This document shows, piece after piece, positions 23,071 to 35,094 of a DNA stretch of 64,000 nt (position 1 is its first letter; each line of letters starts with the position of its first letter). Origin of the DNA: Epithemia pelagica (lineage: Eukaryota > Protista > Bacillariophyta); assembly GCA_946965045.2 (NCBI GenBank), contig OX337229.1:1240001-1304000 (forward strand), given 5' to 3'. Below the pieces are notes generated by a model. That model ran no database searches, was not told the DNA's origin, and saw only the letters and a program-made list of their open reading frames with translations. Made by a program: the position numbers and the translations under genes.

Positions 23071-24564
23071 CTAGACAGACGTGGACTTGTGGTTCTCGCA
23101 ATTGGCACAAGAGCACTTGTCGGTGCAAGCCAACCCATTTCGAAAACATTCACAATATTTTCGGATGCATCGATTATTTTTACAAGCGCATCCCAATCCA
23201 ACTTTTTTCACACGGGTACCAAAGGCGTCCGGTCGCTTTTGAAGGGCGCTTTGCATGGCAAACCGACGGTCGCTGCTATCCTCTGTATTCAAACAACCAA
23301 CGCAACTGCAAATTCCTGGTTTACATGGAGCACCGGCCTGGAAGCAAGTGCAATAAAGCTTCAAGCATCTACTGCGAACACAGTTGCAAGCAACTTGGCC
23401 TGGTTCCAATGGAGGTTTTGGAGCGTTAGATGGTGTATCAAAGGCCCGAGGGTTGCGCGCCAATATAGCTCGAATGGCTTGTGTACGAGCGCCAAGTGGA
23501 CCGCTCTCGTCAATCGTGTTCTTGCAATCAACACATCCGCACCGTAGCGGGTCACAACGCCGCTTCGCTTTAAAACATTCACAGTATAGAGCTACACATT
23601 TGCTCTTGGGACAAGAACAGCCTGTCGAAGTCTGTTGTCTCGTCCTACTTTGTTCCTGTATTAGCTTGAGTTGCTTCTTCCTTGTCTCCTTGGCCTGGGT
23701 TTCCTTCATGGGACGCATTTCCATGGACGCCATTACCAGTAGGTCCAAACCATTCACACCACCCTTGTCCTCAATGCCTTTGGTACGCTTTGGTGGAACT
23801 TCTGGGGACTCAGAAATATTGCGTTTTAACGAGTCCCTTCCTGGAGTTTGGCAGTGCTCTTCAGAATGGGTCGGTGAAGACGACAGTTCTTCGTTGGAAA
23901 TGGCTGCAAACACCCTTCGATTTGGGTGTCTGTCAATGATTTTGTGAGTCTCACATTCTCCCCGAAGCGTTGTAATCTGATAGGATTCACTGTCTCCTTT
24001 TCCATGAGAGGACGACGAGGAGGGCACATGATGCTTCCAGTTCCATTTCGATTTGGACGTGGATGCGGGACGATACCGCGCTGTCACACGAGGTGACGAA
24101 GCGTGGACTGGGACCTGTGGCTGCCGCTCTTCAGGCCACAAGACATTACCTCTTCTGGTTGGAATGGCAATGGTTCGTTCCGCCCATCGAGCATGTGGAC
24201 GCCACGCCTTTGGATGATTCTTGGCATTCACAACAGAAGCATAGTACCTACCAGTCAGAAAGGCCTTTTCTCGTAAATCTGTTGCTGAAGCGCCATATCG
24301 ATGAGAGGGTGACTCCTCTGGACCTCTGAGTACGGAGCCATCCGTGGTGAGACAAGTGTAGCGTCTTCCAAGGCTGTCGACAAAATAGGAAGACCTTGGA
24401 GTTGTTTGGATAGCCGATTTGCATAAGGCCGGAAGGTCCCCTTGTAGTCGAGGAACCTTGGGAGGACTCTCAGCCTCTAGACGCTCCATGACAAGGAGGC
24501 TACTGCTTCCGTTGTGACTTCGAGGATCGAACGATTTGTGAACCTCGACCGTGATAGGGATCAT
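23071..24564 (-). CDS. CRC (tesmin/TSO1/LIN54-type CXC) domain protein with three CXC repeats
   Basis: GCSCPKSKCVALYCECF, CNCVRSRCLKLYCTCF and GCACKNNRCIRKYCECF, with an ILARNPRAF hinge. Confidence 0.9.
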   Translation of the reverse strand: MIPITVEVHKSFDPRSHNGSSSLLVMERLEAESPPKVPRLQGDLPALCKSAIQTTPRSSYFVDSLGRRYTCLTTDGSVLRGPEESPSHRYGASATDLREKAFLTGRYYASVVNAKNHPKAWRPHARWAERTIAIPTRRGNVLWPEERQPQVPVHASSPRVTARYRPASTSKSKWNWKHHVPSSSSSHGKGDSESYQITTLRGECETHKIIDRHPNRRVFAAISNEELSSSPTHSEEHCQTPGRDSLKRNISESPEVPPKRTKGIEDKGGVNGLDLLVMASMEMRPMKETQAKETRKKQLKLIQEQSRTRQQTSTGCSCPKSKCVALYCECFKAKRRCDPLRCGCVDCKNTIDESGPLGARTQAIRAILARNPRAFDTPSNAPKPPLEPGQVACNCVRSRCLKLYCTCFQAGAPCKPGICSCVGCLNTEDSSDRRFAMQSALQKRPDAFGTRVKKVGLGCACKNNRCIRKYCECFRNGLACTDKCSCANCENHKSTSV

Positions 24565-24981
24565 ATCGTCCGGTCACCCCTGTCTTTGAGTATATATTAG
24601 GCCGTTGTAGATAAGCCTCTCCGAACAACGCTTCGAACGTTACCGTCTCCCAATATAGTGTCAACGTTAAGGTCGTAAGAATCTTCTGCCGTCTTGGTCA
24701 AAGTGGCGTTTTCCTTTTGAGAGAGGGAAGAGGAGCAAAGAAGTGATCCATTCGAAAGAGATTTCTCACACCACAAACGTCCTTGCTTCAGGTTTTTTCG
24801 TAAAAAGAAATTTCCCGCCTGGCCTGCGCACCTCAATCGTGAACGATGATCCATGTGCCTCACTTCCAACGTGCGATTTCGTTTGCTAGTTGTACTAGCA
24901 AGGAGTATAGAGAATTTAGTTTTTGGAGATGGGGAAGAATCGAATAAAGCGAAAAAACGAATAAGATAGTCCGTTAACGAG

Positions 24982-27009
24982 TTAATCTTCCCAATTCCCA
25001 TTCCCAATCAGCTGCGCCGACAAAGAGAGCGCAACCGGGTTTTTGGTGGGCATCTTCGTCGATGAGTCCTCGTTTTCCATTTCTGGCGAGGTTTTCAGCT
25101 CCGTCGATTTTTCCTTTTGATTATTGTCCGCCATCTCCGACTCGGTATTCTCGGAGTCCTCCGTTTCTTTCTCCATGTGCATAGTGCCAATTTCATCCAA
25201 ATTTTGCTCAATGGATACAATTTGGGACGTGATTTTCGTTTCACTTGCGTCCACACTCGTCGCCAATTCAGATGTAGTCTTGAGTTCGGGAGGAGCAACG
25301 TAGTGTGGGAGTCGTCCTCTTTGATAATCGTTGATGATCATAATGGCGGCACTTCGCAAACACGGATCTCCTCCTTTCCGGAGTCGACCAGACCGTTGGG
25401 CAATCAACTCCATCAGTTGTGTGCTAGTTGTCCAGGAGTCTTTCTTTAATTTGTATTGTGCGGCAATGTACTCTGGTTTGACTTTTTCTTGAATGGCATC
25501 AATGAACTCTTCCGGATTTTCCAATCGTTCCGCTCTTACTACGCCTTTGAGGACCGAATCCACTTCAGTGTCACCGGCGGTATCGACCACCACTCCGGGA
25601 CAATCAATCAAAGAGATTCGTTTGAATAGGGAGACATACTGCCAAATCTTTGTTTCTCCTGGAATAGGGGCCACCTTACATGATTTCTTGGATATCAAAC
25701 TGTTCGGTCCAAGGAAGTTCCAAAATGCATGAGAACGACGAGACACCAAAACAAGGACTCCAACAACAAAACACCCCTCGCATGCAACTTACGTATTGAT
25801 CACAGAGCTTTTCCCGACATTCGGATAACCAATAACTCCAACAGAAATTTGTTTCTTATCCTCGTGAAGTTTTCCAAATTGTCGAAGGAGACTAATGAGC
25901 GCTCCTTTTCCAAAGGCATGTGTCATGGAGGCATGAAAGGCAATGGTGGGTCGTACCGCCGCTAGTTCTCCCATCCATCGCTTGGCCACCCAGGAGGGTA
26001 CGAGATCCACCTTGTTGAGGATAAAGACCAAATGTTTGTGGGACGCGTTGGTTTCAATGTGCCGTTCAATCATGGTACATCGTGTACCAGGTACGTTGCG
26101 GGCATCAATGACATGCAAGACAACATCCGAGCAATCGACCACCTTGAAAAACTCTCCCCAAATCCGTTTGGATTGTCCTTTGAGGAACAAATCGTCCTTA
26201 CGTTCGTGACGCCAGTCCACACCTTCTCCTTCCGTCTTTTCCAGGTTGGAATCGCGACCCCATGGGACAATGCCTTCTCGACTGTTGATTTGTTCATAGG
26301 TATCTTGACTCTTTTGTGCGGTCAATAACAAGGCCTCGTAACCAAAGGAGGAAGACGCCGAGGGATCCTCCTCCTGTGAGGAGGAGGAGGTCGACTCTTG
26401 TGCCTCGAGAGGTTTGGCTACCACCGAGGCTTGTCCTTCGCCCGAAAAAGTATCGGCCTTCTTTTGCTTTTTCTGGACCGAGTCCATGGTTCTTCCAACC
26501 AAGAGTTGATCTAGTTTGACCCGTTTTCGTTGCGATTGTTTCCCAAAAGCTCGTTCAAAGGGTTCTTGTTCCAGGAGTGCCGCCTTGCGATTGCCTGCCG
26601 TGTATTCGGCCGCTTCCTGCAACAAGCCCATGGGAACCTTTTTCCGTTTGAGTACAACAGAGTAGGGATCCGAGACGGCTTGTGTCATTTCTTGTCGAAA
26701 TGTGTCCAGTTCGGTACTTCCCACCACACGCGTATTGCCAAACCATCGTCGATCCGGTTGAATGCGACCCGTTTGGGCATCGATTTTTCGATCACCGGCT
26801 CGATCCTTCATCATAAAGGATCCAGCTACGACATTTCCCTTCCGATCGCGAATGGCCTTCCCATTGTTGTACATTTTCAAGCGCTGAATCGTTTCGGCCG
26901 ATCGCTGCGAACCAGGGTCCTTGTCCTTGCGACGACCTTGGCCCAATTTGGAGGCCGCATTCGTCTTGGGGAGACGATTCGTTCGCGTTGTAGAACGTGG
27001 CTTTCCCAT
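24982..27009 (-). CDS. NOG2: Nucleolar circularly permuted GTPase NOG2/GNL2; intron 25700-25792
   Basis: NGP1NT domain (GRIQPDRRWFGNTRV), KGQSKRIWGE, DVVLHVIDAR, NKVDL, GYPNVGKSSVINTL, VAPIPGETK, LIDCPGVV and NDYQRGRLP. Confidence 0.97.
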
Positions 27010-27373
27010 CTTTCAATTATTATCGTATCTCGGCTTTAGTTCTCTTGTGGATGAGCTGAATTGCTTGCTTGTCTTGGATCACGTCTCTCTGGCGGAGGTC
27101 GTCAATGTCTATTCGTCCGGGAGAAATAAAAGTCGAGAGAGAATTGACGATGACGATGGGTGGAGATTGGAGCGAGTCGCCCACGTTGGGGGCACGACAG
27201 ACCGAAAATCCTCAAGCAACTTTTACGCGACCTGTAGTATGTCTCATATGGGTCGCTGATAGAAGATACAAATCCTGCAAAGCCGCAAATCCCCATCCAC
27301 GAAAAATCTGGACCACCACACAACTCCGAAAGAGCGGCACCACCACCACCACCATGTCCATGTGCAGATCACC

Positions 27374-29416
27374 ATGACGAGTCAGTCGGAATGTTCGTTC
27401 CATCAACCAACAGGATCCTTTTGTTTTGAATCGTCCTTGACGACCAGTCGTTACAGTAGTACACCTCCTAATTGTCAAGCATCCTTGGCCAGTCACTGCA
27501 TTCGCATCACGTTTGGAGAACGGGTCCAATGGGTAGCCGATGGATTGCAATCCATGGGAGCCAGTAGTAGTGACCAAAACAATGGTGTCACCTTGGCTGC
27601 ATTGTGGACCTTTTTGCAACGAAAACAGCAGTCAGTGACAACCTATGTGCCCAGTGCACGATCGCAAGAGGTGAAACTACCCCCCTCCATTGCCGGCACC
27701 GTGTCCTCCAACAACAACACTAGCAAAAAAGGATTGGAACAAGCCATGGTACGAGCCTCTCTCTTGGTCTTGATTCAGCATTCCGTTGTTTCGGTACGAC
27801 GCAAACCACGTCCAACGAATACCGCACTGAATTCCAAACGAATGGCAACGACTCCGTATGTCTATCGCTATCATCCCGAACGGGCGGTGCGATTGGGTGG
27901 ATGCCGATATGCCCGTTACGTCGATTACATGAAGCGTGCCTTGCAAGATTCCACAGCGGCTACCGTCATTGAAAGTCTGTTGCTCCACGGACGATTGCGT
28001 ACCATTGAATTGGTCCTTCAAACGGTGCAACAACAGCAACAAGAAGCAGCTTCCTCCACTACTACGGCCGAAGAGTCGAATACGTCGTCCACAATACAAC
28101 ATCACAAATATACGGCTCGAGAAACCATTGTCGATGCATTGGCGAAACTCGTTCGAGGAGGCTTTGTGGAGCAAGCTCCCTCAATTCCACTACCCGAAAG
28201 CACCGATCCCGATGCCGGTGAGACAGAATTCGATCCAGCTAGCACTCCGGCAATCCACGCGCGTTCGACAGAGGAACCACCGCCGGCCAAAAAGGTCAAG
28301 TTGGAACTTCCCGAACCGGAAACCGAGTCGAATAAGGCTGCAACGACACTCACCGATGGTGGTGGTGAAGATCCAGCCGTGGTGCAGTTGCTTCGAAGCA
28401 ATGCACACTACAAATCCACCCTCCCGATTGATACAGCTTGGCGTGTCAATCAAGCCATGTTTCATGATTCCATTCGGGCCTTGCGATTAGGTCGTTTAGT
28501 GGCAGAATTGTACAATCATCGTGTTCGATGGTCTGGCTCACTGGTCACGGGTGCTCTCAAATACCGTGCCCATTTAGATCATGTGGTGACCGCAACACGG
28601 CCCAATGTGGCAGCGAGTGGGGGAGCCAGCTCGACGGAAGCTGCCACGAGTGGTAGTAGTGGGAGTGCCATGCCTGCGGTGGGTCCCTCGGATACAGGCT
28701 TTTTTACCGCCAACGATGTTCTCAAGTACTTGCCGAAATCGGTGGTCCAATCCATTGAAACCGAAGCTACCAAGACAGGCTTGACGACGGTCCAAATTAT
28801 GCACAAGGCGTTTCTTGATTTGTCCAATTTGCGACATCCAACCATTGTGGTTCGAAGGGTGGGTGACGACTCGTTTGAAATAGCTCATGCCGCCCTCTTG
28901 GAGTATTTGCGGCGACGGATCATTCACCAAGTCATTGTCGATCGACATGGACAGGTAGCGGCACGGATTATCGAAGTCTTGTGGCGACAGGGATGGCTGG
29001 AATCTGATCATTTGGCCAATACGGCCATGGTTCCAGCCAAGGAAACCCGTACCATTTTGCATGAGTTGTATCGGAGTCGTTACATTGAATTGTTTCAACT
29101 ATCCACCTCGAATTCTTCCAAGCACTACAATCACAATTCGTCCATTTATCTCTGGTGCGTCCATCCGGACCGAATTCGTCAACGTGTTGTGGACAATGTG
29201 TTGCTGGCAACACGAAACCTCAATGTTCGTCGACAACACGAATCGCAAGTGGTGGGTCGAGAATGGATTGAACGGGCGCAACGACAAACCCAAGAAGATG
29301 AGAATGAACACGAAACGGATAAAGTGAATTATCAAAAGTTTTGTCTCGGACTAGAACGAATTGATGTGGCCCTCCATCAGTTGGATGAAACCATGCTAGC
29401 CTTGGCCGACTTTTGA
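27374..29416 (+). CDS. POLR3C: RNA polymerase III subunit RPC3 (C82/RPC62)
   Basis: N-terminal winged helix (CIRITFGERVQWVADGL), VIESLLLHGRL, and C-terminal RHGQVAARIIEVL...AMVPAKETRTILHEL...IYLW...LERID. Confidence 0.85.
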   Translation: MTSQSECSFHQPTGSFCFESSLTTSRYSSTPPNCQASLASHCIRITFGERVQWVADGLQSMGASSSDQNNGVTLAALWTFLQRKQQSVTTYVPSARSQEVKLPPSIAGTVSSNNNTSKKGLEQAMVRASLLVLIQHSVVSVRRKPRPTNTALNSKRMATTPYVYRYHPERAVRLGGCRYARYVDYMKRALQDSTAATVIESLLLHGRLRTIELVLQTVQQQQQEAASSTTTAEESNTSSTIQHHKYTARETIVDALAKLVRGGFVEQAPSIPLPESTDPDAGETEFDPASTPAIHARSTEEPPPAKKVKLELPEPETESNKAATTLTDGGGEDPAVVQLLRSNAHYKSTLPIDTAWRVNQAMFHDSIRALRLGRLVAELYNHRVRWSGSLVTGALKYRAHLDHVVTATRPNVAASGGASSTEAATSGSSGSAMPAVGPSDTGFFTANDVLKYLPKSVVQSIETEATKTGLTTVQIMHKAFLDLSNLRHPTIVVRRVGDDSFEIAHAALLEYLRRRIIHQVIVDRHGQVAARIIEVLWRQGWLESDHLANTAMVPAKETRTILHELYRSRYIELFQLSTSNSSKHYNHNSSIYLWCVHPDRIRQRVVDNVLLATRNLNVRRQHESQVVGREWIERAQRQTQEDENEHETDKVNYQKFCLGLERIDVALHQLDETMLALADF

Positions 29417-29641
29417 ATCATCAACACCAGAATGAAGACACGTGCCATTTATAACTTCCCATGTGCGAACCACAGAGTCGGCAAATTCTATACAACATAG
29501 ACTTTAATGGATCCTATCAAAGGGGTTAGTCATTTGGACTGCTGCCAGACAGACAAGAGCATACATGCGAATGGCTTTGTGGTATAGATGGGCAGTCATA
29601 ACTATACAATGACGCGAGGTTGACAGTTGTGTGTGTTTAAC

Positions 29642-31619
29642 TCACTCTTGTCCAGGTCGTGGATCGACAAATCGGTAGTGGATTTGGGAGTAATCAATGC
29701 CCATGCCATCTTTGCGCAACAGAGGGGTAAAGTCGTGATGAAGTTTCCCATTGCCTCCATCGACAAAGGAACATAAATGATGCTCTACCGTCTTTTTGTG
29801 AACATTTATGCCATAGGTTTCATAAAATGTTTCGGGTGTCCGTACGGCACCCACTCCATAGCGATCTTCTTCCTTGTGGTCCCATGTGCTGGGATCGGTT
29901 TCGGGATTCATGTGGACAATGCCCAACAATCGTGCCATGGCCTTGCGGCCTGTTCCCGCATATTTGCCGTCATTTTCCCAAAAATGATGCACCTTATTGC
30001 GCAGTTTGGCATTCTTGCCAACCGCGTAATGATGAAAGCAAACGGATCGTTCGGGTGCGTAATAATCGTATCCAACCGTAAAGCCTCGAATGCCGATACT
30101 AGTACATCCATAAATAGACAAGGCAGCCGAATGTGTGAGATTATGAAACAACGTGCCACAAAAAGGTAGTCCACATATACGAAAGACCATGCAATTGTCT
30201 CACCTCATTTCTTCTCCTTGAAAAATCATGGGTTGGTACGGATCGTAGGGAACATTCACGACAAAGTGTCCACGAGAAAACGCTGTGTCCACACAACCAA
30301 AAAGAGACAATCACGTGAGAAGGAGAATGGCGTGCCAGGAACCATCACATGTGTGTGTTATCTTTTTTGTACATACAATATCCGGCTGCCCACCAGGGTT
30401 GGAGTTGTGGTGTCCCATGGACACTGGGCATGCGTTCGGGTTGGGACCCATGTCGTAGATGCAATCCTTGTGGACCTCCTTCGTAATCTGTATTGCACAT
30501 AATGGGACGGGTTCGTCGCAAGGAATGCCCTTCGGCATCAATCGATCCTTGAATATCCGTCAAGTAGGTGGTAAGGACAGCCATTTCATTGTGCGTGACT
30601 TCCATTTGTTGAATGATATCGTCATCCCAGCCCAAGGTGTAGGTGACGTGAGCATCGGATTGGGTGGCATAATATTCGCCTCGGTACAGTCGGTATCCGA
30701 TATGTCGGGCAAAGACGGGTCCAATGCTCAATTGGGCCGGCACTTGATAGACATCGACAAAGTCCTTGTATTTGCACAATGCTTGATCGGGATTAAGGTC
30801 GCAGGATTGTACTGGTTCATTGCACTTGACATCTTCACCGGGGACAATCTGATCCACGACACCGACCCGAATGCGTTCGGGATGGGCGGCCCGAGAAAAA
30901 ATCGATTCGACCGTCAAACGACATTGGAAATCACGGTAGGAAGCAATGCCGACATAAATGGTCCGTTGGTGGACGGGACACTTGTCGCCCCGAACAAAAC
31001 TGCCCGTCGTGGGGTCCGGTTCAATACAGGTTCCAATCTGCATGGCCAACTCTCGAGAAAACAATTGATTGCGATGAACGGGTGGGGCCCAAAATTTGGG
31101 CAAGGACATGGACGTCATTAAATCCCCAGGATGAATAATGGTATCCATCTCTTGTTCGTTTCGGACCGATACGGGCCATATCCCCACTGGAATCTCTGGA
31201 TCCAATGCTGGTTGTTGTTGGTGTTTGGCATGACGCAAGGCGGCAGCTTTTTTCCTTTTGGTACGAGCCGCCGATTCCGAATGGGGAGTGTCTGGATCGT
31301 CATCCGTACCTGCTACTACGTCTTGTTGTGTGTCACTGGGTTCGTCCCATTCCGAGAGAACGGCCAAATTGAGATTTTGACCTTGATGGTGCGACCAGAC
31401 GGGAGGTGGTGGGACATCGGGCAGGGAAATCCAGGTTTCGTAAAATCCAAACAAGTACAACAAGACAATCACGACACTCACCACCAATCCAGCTTCGACC
31501 GCACCTGGAGGAGAGGATGCATGGACTCGACACACGACATGAGTCGGAACCAGGGAGGAGGATGCTGCCGAGGATGCCTTGAGGACACGCTTTTTGTGAG
31601 GCTTTTCCATTTCCAACAT
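29642..31619 (-). CDS. GT60-like (Skp1-hydroxyproline GlcNAc-transferase family) glycosyltransferase with an N-terminal TM anchor, copy 1; introns 30283-30376 and 30099-30203
   Basis: IYVGIASYRDFQC, RIRVGVVDQ, GPVFARH, QSDAH (DxH), VLTTY, WAAGYSFSRGHF, PYDP, FQGEEMSIGIRGFTVGYDYYAP. Confidence 0.9.
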
Positions 31620-31904
31620 GATTCTACCGACGAGACTGGAACAGCCACTGCAATGTCGCTATGAGAACAGCCTTGTAACGTTGTCTTGTATAGGTACAGT
31701 CGTTGTGGGCTGTCTTCTTTTCTCCTCGCGTCTGTATGGTTGTGTTGTTAGTGGTGACAAGCAAATGACCGTTCTCATTGCCGCGCTCGGAAGCTTCACT
31801 GGTCTCAGAATCCGTAGCGGACGTATGGAGAAAAGGATGATGTTCCATCCGAGCGAAAATGCTGTTGGCCGCCTGGGCGTAGCTTTCGTGGGATTCAAAA
31901 TGTA

Positions 31905-32008
31905 TGCGGGATGTGGGGCTCGAACCCACGACCTTTCGCTGGCTTAGCGGGCTCGTTGTGATGGGTTTGATTATGAGACGAACGCTCTACCGACTGAGCT
32001 AATCCCGC
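31905..32008 (-). tRNA. Elongator tRNA-Met(CAT) with a 31-nt intron at the canonical 37/38 position (31941-31971)
   Basis: Acceptor stem GCGGGAT/ATCCCGC, D arm AGCTCAGTCGGTAGAGC, anticodon stem TTCGT/GCGAA around CT-CAT-A, T arm GTGGG-TTCGAGC-CCCAC. T54-T55 indicates elongator rather than initiator. Confidence 0.95.
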
Positions 32009-32155
32009 ACGCTAAACGAGGGCTTTTATCACACTATATGTATACTGGACATGACTTCAGTCTTTGCACTGATTGTCATTTTTGTAGTATCTCGGTTGGA
32101 GTTCAACGAAGACTCTACGAAACACAAACACTTGGCTTCCCATTATTCTAGAACC

Positions 32156-32947
32156 ATGGCGGATCTTCACTTTACAGTTCAAGACCATAACGGATCTCAC
32201 GGTGGTGGTCCTCAAATGATTCCACCCCAAGAAGTTCCCATGGCTGGTGAAATGGATCATTTGCCCAACCATGCCGCCGCCGCCGAACCCGCCCAACAGT
32301 CCACCTTGGAATACATGCAAGAACAATTCAATTCGTCGGCTCATCCTTCGGTGGTGGTCTTTCACATTTTATTCAAAGCCTTGGCCATATTTTTGTATAT
32401 TTTGGGTGGTATCATTTTGCATCGAACCGGTGGATCGGCCGCCGAACAGGGGGGAGGCAAATTTATAATCTTGACCGTGGTGATTATTTTGTTGTTGGCG
32501 GCCGACTTTTGGGTGGTCAAAAATGTGACTGGCCGTTTGTTGGTGGGATTGCGATGGTGGAACAAGGTCAATGAAGATTCCACCACATGGATCTTTGAAT
32601 CGTCGGAACAAACCGACCATCCCAAACCGATTAACAAATTTGACAAGTCCTTTTTTTGGACCGTCTTGTATGCCACACCCTTTGTGTGGGTGGGAATGCT
32701 GGTCATTGCCATTCTCAATTTGGAAATTAATTGGTTCATGGTCTGTATCATGGCGCTCGCCTTGTCCTGTTCCAATGTCTATGGGTATTACAAGTGCAGT
32801 TCCGATCAAAAGGCACGGTTCCAACAACTCGTCCAACGGGGTGCCCAACAAGGTGCCATGGCGGTCGTGAGCTCTAGTATGCTTTCCGTCTTGACGGGCC
32901 AAAACGCGGCCGCTTCCAACAACCGAACGACTGGCCCCATGACATGA
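32156..32947 (+). CDS. TVP23: Golgi membrane protein TVP23/FAM18 (DUF846)
   Basis: HPSVVVFHILFK and LLAADFWVVKNVTGRLLVGLRWWN signatures; likely ATG at 32156. Confidence 0.95.
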   Translation: MADLHFTVQDHNGSHGGGPQMIPPQEVPMAGEMDHLPNHAAAAEPAQQSTLEYMQEQFNSSAHPSVVVFHILFKALAIFLYILGGIILHRTGGSAAEQGGGKFIILTVVIILLLAADFWVVKNVTGRLLVGLRWWNKVNEDSTTWIFESSEQTDHPKPINKFDKSFFWTVLYATPFVWVGMLVIAILNLEINWFMVCIMALALSCSNVYGYYKCSSDQKARFQQLVQRGAQQGAMAVVSSSMLSVLTGQNAAASNNRTTGPMT

Positions 32948-33346
32948 TTATGAAGGGGTTAGGTAGCTGGAGTAATTGTGATTAACTTTCAACTAGATAA
33001 TACTTAGTGGTCTCTTTTCCTTGCAAGCTCCAGATATAGAACGACCAGGACTCCACATTGGAGTTACTCCAAAAAGCCTTGGAGTTGGAGGAGGACGAGC
33101 ATCAGATCTATAGTCTACCCGTTCCAAAAGAAGTTGGGCACATAGATGTCAGTCCTTCGATCCGTGAACCTGGGCCCTCTCACGGGACTAAATTATTGGA
33201 TCTCGAACATTCCATCCAACTCCAACCATGGTCAGAAGATTTTGGATTCATTCTTGTTTCTTGGTGTGGGTGTTTATTGTTGCCATTCTGTTCCCTTGAG
33301 CCTTGTCGACTGGAACCACTGGAGGCACTGCAACTCGTTCCAAAAC

Positions 33347-34932
33347 ATGCATCATCGTCGCCCCCTGTCAAGTCGCCGCCGACGACGAAATCCTGGTTCT
33401 CGTCCTCCGTTGTTGGAAGATCCGTTGCTTCCGAATGCACCATCCCACGATTCTCCACTGGTGGATTCACCCCGAGGAGATATGGAACTCTTGGAGTATT
33501 CTTTTCAAAGTCAAGAAGATCCATACTACACAAGAATCACCCCAACGACCTCCTTCTCCTTGTACCAACCACCCGCACCGTTGGTAGTGGCAGAAAAGAT
33601 GGAACGAGACGGGGACGAACGAGGCCACAACATCAATGCCCACGTGTTCCGGAGCACGAATCGTGGTGATGGCTCACGAGTTTCTCCATCCTTCCAGTCA
33701 CGGCAGCATTCCTCTCAATCCTTGGTTCCTTCCTTCTCGTCTCAAAAGAACCATCCTTCTCCAGGACAACAATCCTTTCATCATCCTGCGGCAACAAACA
33801 ACACGGTAGTACGGCAGGGTTCCAGTCGACCGCAGCGACTTCATCACCCGGATACAACAACGACGACGACTGGTGCACTGACCGTGTATTCCAGCCCCAT
33901 TTGTTCGCGGGGGTTCCTGTGTTGCCAATGTGTCCGAACCAGTGAATTGGGCATTGTCGAACACTGTGGTCGGTTTCAAGAAATGGTCGGACCCGGCTTG
34001 TACTTGCAGCCCTGGCCGTGGACCGGCATTACCACTCGAATCTCGTTGCGAGTGCAATCCTTGACCCTGTCACTTTATTGCTTGACAAAGGATCAAGTGT
34101 CTTGTCAGATTCAAGTTGTGGTACTCTATCGCGTTTCGGCTCCTCGGGCCTATCAGACCTATTATCGATTGGACCATGTCACCACCTTTCTCACGGCCCT
34201 CATTTTACGGATGAAATCCGTGCCCGTGTGGCAGGAACAGTCCTGGAAGAACTCTTTACTCATTCACCAACCACCCTGGCCACTCCTGTTCTCGACGCGC
34301 TCGTTCGAACTCTCTTGATCGAGTACGGTGTCCAACTGCACAAGCTATTGGTGACACGGATCCGTCCCGACCCGGTCGTACGGTCCGCCCTGAATGAAAT
34401 TCCCGCCCGTCGCCGCGAAACATGGGCCGCCTCGCACCAGGCAGAGGCTCACAAGGTTGAAGTCGTGGCACGGGCCCAAGCGCACGCCGAACGATTGTCC
34501 TTGTTGGGACGAGGAACTGCCCGACAACGACGTGTCTTGTTGGAACAGTTTTGGTACGAGTCGGTCCACGAATGGATTCACAATGTCTATCTGGCTCCAC
34601 CACAGGTACCTTCGACGCAAGATCTCTTGACCTTGCTCCTGATTACACAGTATTTGGACGTGATTACGGCCGTGGGTGCTCCGAAAAAACCACACACCTC
34701 GGAGCATGCCGCACAGCAGCAGCAGGACACGAAAGAGTCGTGTCTTGTTCTCCATCACAATGACTTTGGAAGGCCTCTCCAGTCACCCTTGGCGGCGGCG
34801 GCGGCAGCAAGTCTCCGTGCCGTGACCAACACGAGGAGAGATTCCGACACTCACCGTGCGTCATCGTCATCATCGTCGTCGTCGTACCACAAGGACATGC
34901 TGCAACTGATTCCGGCAGCTACCACCACATAA
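33347..34932 (+). CDS. SPFH/band-7 protein (HIR-like) with a long low-complexity N-terminus; apparent 1-nt frameshift at 34203-34206
   Basis: CCQCVRTSELGIVEHCGRF...PGL...RISLRVQSL...TKDQV in one frame; DEIRARVA...LEELF...EYGVQL...IRPDPVVRSALNEI...AEAHK...GTARQRR...LLITQYLD in the next. Confidence 0.85.
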
Positions 34933-35094
34933 TGGTATCACGCGGCGACCCCGGTGGAAGCGCGTGTGGTTCAACAAATCACATCATTTGCTTTGGTGTT
35001 CACACCAATAGTAGTAGGATGGATTCTTTTTGTGTACTATAAAAACTTTTGCGTCTCTCTCTAGTGTAGTTGGGTATTGCTTTCTGTAAGAATT

